Shown: positions 17,151-26,093 of the stretch, piece by piece | Numbering within the stretch: the stretch's first letter is position 1 | Layout of the letters: every line of letters starts with the position of its first letter | Origin: Planctomycetota bacterium | GTDB taxonomy: Bacteria; Planctomycetota; UBA1135; GCA-002686595 | Length of the DNA stretch: 44,351 nucleotides | NCBI GenBank assembly: GCA_029259675.1 | Contig: JAJDES010000191.1 | Coordinates: forward strand, 1 to 44,351 | Direction: 5' to 3' | The notes under the pieces: generated by a model | The model's database searches: none | What the model saw: only the letters and a program-made list of their open reading frames with translations | What the model was told of the DNA's origin: nothing | Position numbers and translations under genes: made by a program

Positions 17151-18335
17151 CTACCGCTCCACATTGGACAAGATGCAACTCTCAATCTCCTTTGCCGCGC
17201 GCGCCGGCTGGCTGGCATCTATCGTCCAGCGGTAAGACTGGCCCTTTTCTGAGTGCCTGTAGAGGGGGTCGTAATAGTGCTCCAGCAAGAGCTTCACCAA
17301 TTCCCGTTCCCTGCCGTCGTTCAATAGACCGACAAGCTCACCTTTCCATTTGACGGCACCCAATCGACGTTCGATGAAGGGCAGCTGCTGCTCAAGCTCT
17401 TTGCGGCTGCTCTCCCGCTCCAAGTAATCTTCGAGCAGGACATCCACTCGGCGTTCAATCGAAGCGGTGATGCGAAAGTTTTGGCCGGAGCAAAGAGAGT
17501 CCCAAAGCGCCGGAGGAACGGTCACATTTCCGACCTTGCGGCTTTCGCCTTCATAAACGACTGCGGCTTGCGCATGCGTGTAATCGCGATTGCGCAGCAA
17601 GTCTGCCAGGCGCGAATCAAATGCTTTTTGGCTGCAGGGTTCCAAGCCCACCATCCCCAAGATCGAACTGCGGTGGCCGGCCAAGCCTTCGAGATCGACA
17701 ATCCACTCGGGTCGCAGTTGCTCCAGCTCGCGCAACACAAGCGTTTTCCCCACTCCGGTAAGGCCGCGCAAAACGAATGCGGGAGGGAAGTCAAGTTGAG
17801 CCAACTCAGCGTTCACAAAGCGGCGATAGGCCTTGTAGCCGCCCTCCATGCAACATGCTGATTCAAATCCCAAACTGCGCACGAAGGCCACGACGCTGCG
17901 CGACCGTAAGCCGCCGCGCCAACAGTAAAAAACGACGCCTTTGTGCGGCGGAGAATCCAGCTGGTGACTTTGCAATTCACCTTCCAAGGCCTCCATGCCG
18001 TTCGCCGTCCAGCGCAGCAAATCGGCTTCGAAATCGTCCCCTTCCACATTCCAATTGGTCGTGCGCCCGATCTCACTTAGCAAAGCTCGAATTCGAGCAC
18101 CGGCTAAATCGCGACCTTTGTCGAAGGCGACCTGTGGCGACTCGCGCTTGTAGAGCGTTCCAATCACCGAGCGTTCAACGTCACCGAACAGCGGAATAGA
18201 GACCGCCCCCGGCAAATGATCCTGTGCAAATTCGGCCGGACTGCGCAGATCAATCAACAGCGGTTGCGATTCAGTCTGCAGAATCGCGTTTGGGGCCAGC
18301 ATGGGCACCGAGGGTTTGGATCCGGCTGTGGGCAT
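17151..18335 (-). CDS. selU: tRNA 2-selenouridine synthase
   Basis: 394 aa. Rhodanese domain with active-site loop FYCWRGGLRSRS, P-loop RGLTGVGKT, and C-terminal LLEHYYDPLYRHS matching the E. coli SelU/YbbB LLEEYYDPMYRYQ as I remember it. Confidence 0.8.
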   Translation of the reverse strand: MPTAGSKPSVPMLAPNAILQTESQPLLIDLRSPAEFAQDHLPGAVSIPLFGDVERSVIGTLYKRESPQVAFDKGRDLAGARIRALLSEIGRTTNWNVEGDDFEADLLRWTANGMEALEGELQSHQLDSPPHKGVVFYCWRGGLRSRSVVAFVRSLGFESACCMEGGYKAYRRFVNAELAQLDFPPAFVLRGLTGVGKTLVLRELEQLRPEWIVDLEGLAGHRSSILGMVGLEPCSQKAFDSRLADLLRNRDYTHAQAAVVYEGESRKVGNVTVPPALWDSLCSGQNFRITASIERRVDVLLEDYLERESSRKELEQQLPFIERRLGAVKWKGELVGLLNDGRERELVKLLLEHYYDPLYRHSEKGQSYRWTIDASQPARAAKEIESCILSNVER

Positions 18336-18439
18336 GCGGCCAGTCTAGCCGGGCACTGACTAGCTCCCAGCGCGAGTACCGATCTCCACCACAGGCACCC
18401 GGGGCCACGGGTAGCGAAACATCGCCCGAATGCAGCTGA

Positions 18440-20029
18440 TCAGCGGGCGCGTAGTTCTTCAGTGAAACCGCGCAAGCGCTCCCGCAAGCGATTGGGATTG
18501 GGCCGGTGCCCCCTGGGCCCGCGCCCCTTGCTTTGGGGCAAATTTTCTGAGATGCGCTCGCAAAGCAGGCGCACGCCCTCGACAAATTCGTGCGCAGGTA
18601 TGGAACGCAAGCTCTCCAAAACAGCTTTGTCGCCCAAATCCGATTGGTCCAAATAGTCAATCAGGCGCGTCTGCATCTTCCCTGCGGCCTTTTCTTCGCG
18701 ACTTCGGGGGTCCAGATCTGCGAACTCGATTAAGTCCTCCAAGCGCGGCTGCGACAGCTCCGCTAGCTGATCCACAACGCCCGGTCGATGCAGGTGCTCG
18801 AAGTGAGCTTCCATCAGTAGCCCCACGGAGGCGACCTTGCCTCTTCCACCGGGCACATGCGGCGGACCGCCCATTCCATGGGGACCCCGGTCATGCTTGG
18901 GCGGGCCCGGGTGTCTTCCATGTTCGGCGCGCGGCTCTCGCGGTTTGCGATCGGACCATGCCTCGCTTCCGAGCCATCCAGAGCCCGGTCCCGACTCGGG
19001 ATTGCGTCCCATCAACTCGGGGCCTCGGAGCCCCTCAGGCTGATTTCCATCCGGAGAGTGCGCGCTTCGAGGTCTTCCTTCGCGATCCTGCGGAGGGCGC
19101 CTCAGTGGAGGGTGGCGGTGCTCCACGCCAGTCGCCGCTTGTTCACATCCTGCGGGACAAGGCGCCTCAGGTTCCCGGTCTGAGGAACCGCGAAAGCATC
19201 CCCAAAAGCTTTTGCGGCGACCCTGATGCCGGTTGTACCAGGTGCGCATGAACTCTTCCGTTGGCAGAGCGTCCAGCTCCAACCACTCGTCCTCACTCAA
19301 GTCCACGGGCAATCCACGCTGCGCGACTGTTGTGCGAATCAAGTCTCGGCGCAACTCCCCCATGGCCAGCTCGCGCTCGGGAGCGGGCAATTGCCGCAAG
19401 GCTTCGATCTCGTGGGCTTCAAGCCCAAGCGTCTCCTGCAACTCGTTCAGCTTCTCCGACTCAAATTCCAGGCGACGCTGCTCGTGAAATTGATGCAGAA
19501 GAGCCGGCCGAACTTCCGGAGGGGCCGCGATCAATTCACCAATGAATTCATCGGGCAAGTGGTGGCGCAGAAATCTCCCGCGCTCGCGAGCAACGCTGCG
19601 GAAGTACTGCTCCAAAATCTCATCGGCCACCCTGGGGTCCAACGCTTCAATCTGCTTGCGCTGTTCATCACTCAGTGATTCGCGCAGCGCCTTGCTACGC
19701 GTTTGCATGCGCTCCGATCGCTCGCGCAGTTCCCTTTGGATTTCGGGACTCATGTTGCGCAATTGACGGAAACGCTCGCGCATCAGTTCGCGCTCTTCAT
19801 TGCCCAATTGGTTCCATCGCTCGCGTGCACGCTCGGCGACATTGCGCGGATGGTTGGGGTCCTCGGAACCCGGTTCGGCGGCTTTCGTCTCCTGCGACGT
19901 TTCCAATTGAGGAAGGGCCTCGCCCTCAACTCCAGCCAAGGCCGGTGAAGCCGAAGCGAGAACGAGACCGTAAGTCAGCAGCGCTGAACCCAAGCAAGGG
20001 AGCGTGCGTAGCGACGGAAAAGTGATCAT
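18440..20029 (-). CDS. Secreted/periplasmic charged helical-repeat protein with Pro/Gly/His/Arg-rich core (DUF3106- or Spy/CpxP/ZraP-like, uncertain)
   Basis: 529 aa. The signal peptide ends in ALAGVEG. Repeats of the type ERWNQLGNEERELMRERFRQLRNMSPEIQRELRERSERM are present. The central low-complexity core reads HGRHPGPPKHDRGPHGMGGPPHVPGG. The ATG overlaps the anti-sigma stop (ATGA). Confidence 0.5.
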   Translation of the reverse strand: MITFPSLRTLPCLGSALLTYGLVLASASPALAGVEGEALPQLETSQETKAAEPGSEDPNHPRNVAERARERWNQLGNEERELMRERFRQLRNMSPEIQRELRERSERMQTRSKALRESLSDEQRKQIEALDPRVADEILEQYFRSVARERGRFLRHHLPDEFIGELIAAPPEVRPALLHQFHEQRRLEFESEKLNELQETLGLEAHEIEALRQLPAPERELAMGELRRDLIRTTVAQRGLPVDLSEDEWLELDALPTEEFMRTWYNRHQGRRKSFWGCFRGSSDREPEAPCPAGCEQAATGVEHRHPPLRRPPQDREGRPRSAHSPDGNQPEGLRGPELMGRNPESGPGSGWLGSEAWSDRKPREPRAEHGRHPGPPKHDRGPHGMGGPPHVPGGRGKVASVGLLMEAHFEHLHRPGVVDQLAELSQPRLEDLIEFADLDPRSREEKAAGKMQTRLIDYLDQSDLGDKAVLESLRSIPAHEFVEGVRLLCERISENLPQSKGRGPRGHRPNPNRLRERLRGFTEELRAR

Positions 20030-21111
20030 CCCCCACCCCCGTCTTCGGTCCCGGCAGCTTCATCTTCGCCGCTGTAGCCGAACTCAAGTACCAGCTGATC
20101 GAAGCCGTCAACCGAAGCCAGCAAGAGGTCTAGGTCTTCACTCACAAGCAATTCCCAGTTCTCGAGCACCTCGAAGTCTTCAAAGAACTCTTGATCGGGA
20201 TCCTCGGAGCTAAGCTCGCGGGCATCTCCCATCCCAGCAGTTGCACCGTCCAAAGTCGCGACTTGCGCGTCCACGGAATCGTTTTCCGCGCCGGCCTTTG
20301 TCGCCACCAAAGTTTTGTCGGTTTCGGCCTCATCGCCGCCACGGGGACCCAGAATGTCACTCCATAAAGCGAATCCAAGGGCAATCAAGACAAGCGCAGC
20401 CGCCGCGAAAATGCGACGGCTCACGAACAGGGAACCGTCATTGCCGGCGGGAAAGCCGCCGTTGACGACACGACCCAAGGATGCACCCGCCGCGTTTGAT
20501 TTGCTCAATTGAGCAGATCTTGCTGATTCCAAAGCGTGCAACACGCGCGGCGCAAGCCCATTGGGAATGCGCGGAGCCGGAAGGCTTTCGAGCAGCTCGT
20601 CCAAACCGTCGCGCGCCTCGGCCGGCGCGCCATGTGTCGCGGAAGCACCAAGGACAACACCTTGGTCATTTGCGTCCCCGCTAGCAGCAGCCCTGTCGAT
20701 AGGAGTCCGGTCAACTTCACGCTTTTCTGAGGCACTGCCCGCAATCAACTGTCGATCGCTGTCCAGTCCCTCCAAAATTCGCCGGGCCAAATGGAGCGGG
20801 GCGTGCGGCTCGGGTGCTTCTTCGAGCAATCGATCCAAGCCCGCTTCCGTGCGCTCGAGGGCCAAGCGCGCCAACAGGCGGCGCACCAATTCCGGGGGAA
20901 GGTGAGGCTCGGGCAAACTTGCCAGAAGCACTTCCAACGCTTCCTCTGCCTCGAGCAATTCGCGACAAGCGCCACATCCGAGCAAGTGCTCGTTCCAACC
21001 GAGGGGACCCAACTCCTCAGGTTGCGGACGGCCTTCCAGCGCCGCCGAAAGCTCGGCGCGGAATGTCTCGCAGTTGGCGTTCATGTCCTGGTCCATTTCA
21101 AACTTACTCAT
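20026..21111 (-). CDS. Anti-sigma factor (zf-HC2 type) with one TM helix
   Basis: 361 aa. H-x3-C-x2-C motif HLLGCGACRELL near the N-terminus. TM helix IFAAAALVLIALGFALW. ATGA overlaps with both neighbours. Confidence 0.7.
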   Translation of the reverse strand: MSKFEMDQDMNANCETFRAELSAALEGRPQPEELGPLGWNEHLLGCGACRELLEAEEALEVLLASLPEPHLPPELVRRLLARLALERTEAGLDRLLEEAPEPHAPLHLARRILEGLDSDRQLIAGSASEKREVDRTPIDRAAASGDANDQGVVLGASATHGAPAEARDGLDELLESLPAPRIPNGLAPRVLHALESARSAQLSKSNAAGASLGRVVNGGFPAGNDGSLFVSRRIFAAAALVLIALGFALWSDILGPRGGDEAETDKTLVATKAGAENDSVDAQVATLDGATAGMGDARELSSEDPDQEFFEDFEVLENWELLVSEDLDLLLASVDGFDQLVLEFGYSGEDEAAGTEDGGGG

Positions 21112-21704
21112 AGCTGACCCTCCTGTTGCAGGAAGGGCTTCAGTCGCTCACGCAGGCCTTCGCGCGCTCGGTGCACCAACGACTTCGCAGCCTTGGCGCT
21201 AATTTCCATAACGGAAGCGATCTCCGTCAGGGATTGATCTTCGTATTTGGCCAGAATCAGGGCCTGGCGTTGCTTTTCGGGCAGCGCAAGAATCGCCTCG
21301 CGCACGGCCATGGAAACATCCGCTCGATCCATTCCCGACCAGGGTTGATCCAGTGGAGCCGCGACCAACTCGCCCCCATCGCCCCCTTCACCGGAGTCCG
21401 CCAAGGCCTCGAGGGAAGCCATGTCCCGGTTGCGCTCGCGTCGATTGGCGCACAGGTTGAACGCGATCCGGTAGAGCCAAGTGGAAAAGCGAGCTGATGG
21501 CTCGTAGCGCTCCCGCGCCCGGATGACCCTCAGAAACACCTCCTGCACCAGGTCTTCGCGACCCGTCACAGAACCCAAAAAGCGGGTGCAGAGGGAGTAA
21601 ACACGTCCCGAATACATTTCGACCAGCTCGTCGAATGCAGTCTCCTCGCCCGCCTGATAAGCCAGCATCAGACGCGTCCCCTGATCCTCCTGAGCGTTTT
21701 GCAT
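21108..21704 (-). CDS. ECF-type RNA polymerase sigma-70 family factor
   Basis: Track ORF 21108..21944, trimmed to the ATG at 21704 (MQNAQEDQG..., 198 aa). Region 2 is LVQEVFLRVIRARERYEPSARFSTWLYRIAFNLCANRRR. Region 4 is LPEKQRQALILAKYEDQSLTEIASVMEISAKAAKSLVHRAREGLR. Confidence 0.85.
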   Translation of the reverse strand: MQNAQEDQGTRLMLAYQAGEETAFDELVEMYSGRVYSLCTRFLGSVTGREDLVQEVFLRVIRARERYEPSARFSTWLYRIAFNLCANRRERNRDMASLEALADSGEGGDGGELVAAPLDQPWSGMDRADVSMAVREAILALPEKQRQALILAKYEDQSLTEIASVMEISAKAAKSLVHRAREGLRERLKPFLQQEGQL

Positions 21705-22200
21705 GGAATATACGGCGATCTGAACCCCCGCTCCAAAGCCCGGTTCTGCCGAAAGACAAGTTTCTTTGGGGGCTGACCCCAGCGTGAGCCCAGGCCAAGT
21801 CCTGCACGGTTCGGTCACCGTCCCTACCTTACTGAAGCCCGCCTGGAAGGGAGCCGACTCCGCAATGGTTCGAGCCTCGCCGGCAAGTGCGGCGCTCGAG
21901 GGCAACGGCCCAATTCGAGATCCCAAGGGGCTTTTGCGCTCCAAATTCGCACTTGGGGGCCGGAACCGCCTCGTCGGTGGAAGCGATCGGGTTTCGGGCC
22001 CGGGCTTGCTCGATTGGGATCACGCTGCGCGCGCCGCCACCACTCAATTCGGGCAGGGACAACTTCAGTGATGATTGCAGAACAGCAGTCTAAAATTGCC
22101 CCTCGGCGAGTTCCTGTGGCAGTCTTGGGTCAGGCTCGCGATCGCCCAGCCGGGAGTCGCTGCCCCTGCCCCCCAACATGCCCGCGAGTTGCCACCCCCA

Positions 22201-23259
22201 ATGACCCGTACGAAAAAAGTCTTCGTCCGCCTGGGCTTGGTCTTGCTCTCGCTGATGGCCTCCGTTTTCGCAGTGGAGGCCTGGATTCGCGCATTCGATC
22301 CGTTAGGAGTGAGCTACTACCGCGACCTGCGCACCTACATGTTCGGCGCTCGCGATTTGGTGCTGGAGAACGGAATCTTGCCGCCGGACGGTTGCCTAGC
22401 GAAGCACAAGCCCATGTTGGACATGGAGTTTCACACCTTCCGCTTCTTGACCAACAACCTGGGCTTGCGCGCGGGCAGTCCCAACGAGGTCGTCCCCATC
22501 CGGGAAGAGGCCCGCTGCAGCAAAGCTTGGGACAAGTACCGCATTTTGTTCATGGGCGACTCGATCACCCTGGCCTGGGGTGTGAACGATGAAGACAGTT
22601 GGGTAAGGCGAATTGAAAACTCCGGTCGACATGCGGAGGGCAAGCCTTTGGAATGCTTGAACGCCGGCAACATGCAATACGACACGGTTCAAAGTGCCGC
22701 GCTCTTGCACTCCCTCGTCGATGAGGTGAAGCCGGACCTGGTGGTCTTGAATTTCTACATCAATGACTTCAAGCCAACTTATTCCGCCAGCTTGCTCGAT
22801 CCCAAAAAGCGCCCCAAACCTCCCAAGCGATCGGCGGCACGCAAGTTGGCAAACCGGCTCAAAGCTGACTTCTTCGATCACTTTTACGGCATTTCAGGCA
22901 TCACCAGTCAGCGCAAAGTGGCCGAGGGCATTCATCGTTTCAAGGATCGTGAGTACACCCTGGAGCAAACGGCTTATTACCCTCAAAACTGGCCGCGCTG
23001 TGAAACGGCGCTCGACAGGATGCTCGAGGACAGCCCCAAACTCGTGATCTTTGACCACACTCAGCCGAAGATTCCCGAGCTTGTGAATTGGTCCGAGGAA
23101 AACAACGTGCCGTACATTTGGCTCGAATTCAGCAATGAAGAGTGGTGGAGCGGCATTCACAACTCCGTTGCGGATTCGCACTTCAACGCCAAGGGCAATC
23201 GCCTGGCAGCGGAAAAGGCACTGCGCGCCCTGACGGAGGCCGGCATTCTTTCCGACTGA
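22201..23259 (+). CDS. Membrane-anchored SGNH/GDSL-type hydrolase
   Basis: Track ORF 22075..23259, trimmed to the ATG at 22201 (MTRTKKVFVRLGLVLLSLMASVFAVEAW, an N-terminal anchor). Block I is ILFMGDSITLAWGV, LNAGNM is the block III Asn region, and block V is ADSHFNAKGNRLAA. Confidence 0.7.
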   Translation: MTRTKKVFVRLGLVLLSLMASVFAVEAWIRAFDPLGVSYYRDLRTYMFGARDLVLENGILPPDGCLAKHKPMLDMEFHTFRFLTNNLGLRAGSPNEVVPIREEARCSKAWDKYRILFMGDSITLAWGVNDEDSWVRRIENSGRHAEGKPLECLNAGNMQYDTVQSAALLHSLVDEVKPDLVVLNFYINDFKPTYSASLLDPKKRPKPPKRSAARKLANRLKADFFDHFYGISGITSQRKVAEGIHRFKDREYTLEQTAYYPQNWPRCETALDRMLEDSPKLVIFDHTQPKIPELVNWSEENNVPYIWLEFSNEEWWSGIHNSVADSHFNAKGNRLAAEKALRALTEAGILSD

Positions 23260-23310
23260 CTCGCTTTCGAGCCCAAGCGGGAGGCAACCGCCCCACGGGC
23301 TCCATGCGAG

Positions 23311-24555
23311 TTATTCCGGCTCGTTTCCGCTCAACCACCGCGCTTGCTCAAGCGGCCAAACAACAGCCACCGGCAACCCCATGACTTCGCTCGTGGGTGT
23401 CGCTCCCCAAACGCGACCGTCGGCGGAATGGATCGAATTGTCGCCCAAAACGAACAATTGATCGGGTCCAAGCGACAGAGGGCGAACTACGCCGTGCTCT
23501 CCAACTCCCACATAATGCAGGTCCCTGCGCACACGCAGGCGCTGAAGCCTGGCGTTCAGATTGGTTCCCGACAGCTGCACCTGGGGACCGATCGAGGCAC
23601 CGGCCACGAGTGTCTTGCCGGGAGGCACTTGGTTTGCGTCGTAACGCGCAATTAGATTCAAAAGCATCTCATCGGCGGCGGAAACCTTGAAAAGCAGCAG
23701 GTTGTCGCGATTCGAAAAAGAAATTTGCAGCTTCTCCCCGACTGGAATTTGCGCGCTGCCCAATTCAAGAATTTCGATCGACGGGCCTGCGTCCTTCAAG
23801 CGGCTTGCACGCCAAAGTGAGGCTTTGCACTCCTCGCCGAGAAAGCGCAATCGGGCCTGAAAGACATCGGCTGCTTCGCCAAGCTCGAGCATCAACTCGC
23901 CGACAGTGCTTTGCAGCACTAAGTCCACGTCGATACGTCCGTCCCCGACAGGCAAGGACCCGACGACCTCGCTTCCGTCCGGAGTGATGTACCCGTCGTC
24001 CAAACCGCGTCGATACAGCAAGCGCCAGCTTTCGCCTTCTTCCACAACCGGGGAAGCCTTCGATTGCGAACCGATTTGCCACTCGTTCCCCGCTTGATCC
24101 CAAGCGTCCGAGCCGCTTTCGAATTGAAACGCCTGCATGAGACCTTGGCGTGTGGAATCAAAAAGATCGATCCACGGCGCAGCGGAATGCTCCAAAGCCA
24201 AGAGCCTTCCATTCACGTAGATGTCCCCGGATCGAATTTGAATGGACTCGCCCGGCAAACCGACCACACGCTTGACTGCTGGAACAGGCACGCCGTTGCG
24301 CTTAATGACAACCAAGTCATAACGCTCCAGCGCGGGGCCTGTTTGGTAACGAACGACGACGCGCTCGCCGCGCTCCTTACCACCGAAAATAGTCGGCTCC
24401 ATGGAGCCGCTTTCGACGAGATAAACGTCCGCTACAAAGCCCTTAATAATCAAAGTGGCCGCAACGATCGCAATCACGGCAATCGCCAGGCGCTTTGCGA
24501 GCGATCGCTCCGGAGCCGCAGTGCTCTTTTCGCCAGCCAGCGCAGCTTCAGACAT
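23311..24555 (-). CDS. lepB: Signal peptidase I with enlarged non-catalytic insertion
   Basis: 414 aa. TM helix LAIAVIAIVAATLII. Box B is ESGSMEPT, box D is VKRVVGLPGESI (catalytic Lys), box E is LFVLGDNSIHSADGRVWG. About 270 residues separate boxes D and E. Confidence 0.85.
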   Translation of the reverse strand: MSEAALAGEKSTAAPERSLAKRLAIAVIAIVAATLIIKGFVADVYLVESGSMEPTIFGGKERGERVVVRYQTGPALERYDLVVIKRNGVPVPAVKRVVGLPGESIQIRSGDIYVNGRLLALEHSAAPWIDLFDSTRQGLMQAFQFESGSDAWDQAGNEWQIGSQSKASPVVEEGESWRLLYRRGLDDGYITPDGSEVVGSLPVGDGRIDVDLVLQSTVGELMLELGEAADVFQARLRFLGEECKASLWRASRLKDAGPSIEILELGSAQIPVGEKLQISFSNRDNLLLFKVSAADEMLLNLIARYDANQVPPGKTLVAGASIGPQVQLSGTNLNARLQRLRVRRDLHYVGVGEHGVVRPLSLGPDQLFVLGDNSIHSADGRVWGATPTSEVMGLPVAVVWPLEQARWLSGNEPE

Positions 24556-24561
24556 GGAAAA

Positions 24562-25929
24562 TTAGATCGTCAGTAAAAGGTGGGCCACCCCAACAAAGAT
24601 TGCCGATCCCGAAATGTCGCTCATGGTGATCAGAAAGGGACCGGCCACGATTGCGGGATCAATTTTGGTGCGCCGACACATGATCGGTACCGCGCAGCCC
24701 AAGAACGCCGCCCAACTGACGGCCACGCTAATGGCGATTCCAACGGCAATCCCAAAATCTAAGCTGCCCTTCATCGGCCATGCGACGAGGGCTGCCGCCA
24801 TACCGCAGACCAATCCGATCAAGGACCCCACAAGCACTTCGGAACGCAAGACCGCAATTTCCCGTTCCGGACTGACTTCACCGGTTGCGAAGGCGCGCAC
24901 CAAAACAGTGGAAGACTGAATGCCGACGTTGCCGGCCAAACCGATAATGATCGGAATGAAGGTCAACAACTGTGTCGTTTCACTGACGGGTTCGATGCCG
25001 TCACTTTGGATCAAAAAGGTATCGAGCAACCAGGCCGTGATCAAACCGCCCAATACCGTCAATCCCTGAAGCGGCAAGCGGTGCCTCACCCGGGTGAGAA
25101 TGGGCAAACGCGTGTGTTCGTTGGGTGATGTACCAACCAAGCGCAGGATGTCCTCCTCCGCTTCTTCCTCCAACACGTCGTGGGCATCATCGGCGGTACC
25201 AACACCGATCAACACGCCCGATGAATCGACAACGGGCATTTCGGCGAAGTTGTACTTGCTGAATATCTGCGCGACTTCTTCCTGGTCCTGGATGGGCGTG
25301 ACGGACTTGATTTCCGTCTCCATCACCTCGGCCAGGGTTTCGTGGATCGAGTGCGTTAGGAGTTCGCGGTCGGATACGTAGCCGACAGGGCGGCCGACCG
25401 GGTCCACAACGAAAACACCCGAGCCGTCTTCACCCGGCGCGTCGTCGGCCTTGATCTCCTTGATCGCATCGCCAACGCGCACTTCCACAGGAACGCTGAT
25501 GAACTCCGTGGTCATCAGGCCGCCGGCGGAATCCGCCGGATACTCAATCAGCTCCCGCAGCCCGCGCGCCCGCTGAAAGTCCACCTTGCCGAGCACCTTT
25601 TCCTTGGTGGCTTCGTCCGTGAGTGCCAAGAGGTCGGCAACCTCGTCAGCCGGAAGTCCTGTGATCAGGACTACCAGCTCGTCTTCGGACATGCGTGCAA
25701 CCAAGCTCTCGCGAACATGATCTTCCGCTCGCTGAAGGAGTTCGGCCCGCTCCTCAACCTCCAAAACGGAGAAGACTCGCCAAGCGTCATCCGTTTCCAG
25801 GTCCTGAAGCCAGTCGGCTATGTCCGCGGTCAGAACGCCCTGCAAAAACTCCGCCAACTGGGCGCCATCGCCCTCCAGAATCCCGCGCAAGTCCTGCAGT
25901 TGGGGGGTTGATTCGTTGGTGTCGACCAT
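24562..25929 (-). CDS. mgtE: Magnesium transporter MgtE
   Basis: Track ORF 24562..26064, trimmed to the ATG at 25929 (MVDTNESTPQ...). It has an MgtE-N acidic domain, a CBS pair and a C-terminal 5-TM domain ending PFLITMSDISGSAIFVGVAHLLL. Confidence 0.85.
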   Translation of the reverse strand: MVDTNESTPQLQDLRGILEGDGAQLAEFLQGVLTADIADWLQDLETDDAWRVFSVLEVEERAELLQRAEDHVRESLVARMSEDELVVLITGLPADEVADLLALTDEATKEKVLGKVDFQRARGLRELIEYPADSAGGLMTTEFISVPVEVRVGDAIKEIKADDAPGEDGSGVFVVDPVGRPVGYVSDRELLTHSIHETLAEVMETEIKSVTPIQDQEEVAQIFSKYNFAEMPVVDSSGVLIGVGTADDAHDVLEEEAEEDILRLVGTSPNEHTRLPILTRVRHRLPLQGLTVLGGLITAWLLDTFLIQSDGIEPVSETTQLLTFIPIIIGLAGNVGIQSSTVLVRAFATGEVSPEREIAVLRSEVLVGSLIGLVCGMAAALVAWPMKGSLDFGIAVGIAISVAVSWAAFLGCAVPIMCRRTKIDPAIVAGPFLITMSDISGSAIFVGVAHLLLTI

Positions 25930-26093
25930 GGCTTGTGGGCAAACCCAAGGCGCCGCGGCAGAGTGAAACTCGGTCCGTTCGCCCTTGAGATGCCGGGCAG
26001 GATAACCGGCAAGCCCGCTAGAACCCCACCAATGAGTTGCCGTCCGCTGCGATTTGAAGCTCAATCGAGCCGTTTGCGGAGGAAGCTGCCGGC

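Noticed and set aside
21705-21944. N-terminal extensions offered by the ORF track for the ECF sigma (also mgtE 25930-26064, M50 protease 35979-36224, kdsD 36173-36253, SGNH 22075-22200, aspartokinase 27411-27455)
   Set aside because: The extensions are Pro/Arg/Ser/Gly-rich and lie outside the conserved family cores. Internal ATG codons give proteins of canonical length, so I trimmed the starts. The true starts remain unverified.
25930-26093. Mg-sensing (M-box) riboswitch in the 164-nt leader of mgtE
   Set aside because: I could not find the conserved M-box helices or motifs by eye. The region also serves as the 3' end of the aspartokinase gene. An Rfam scan would be needed to support the call.
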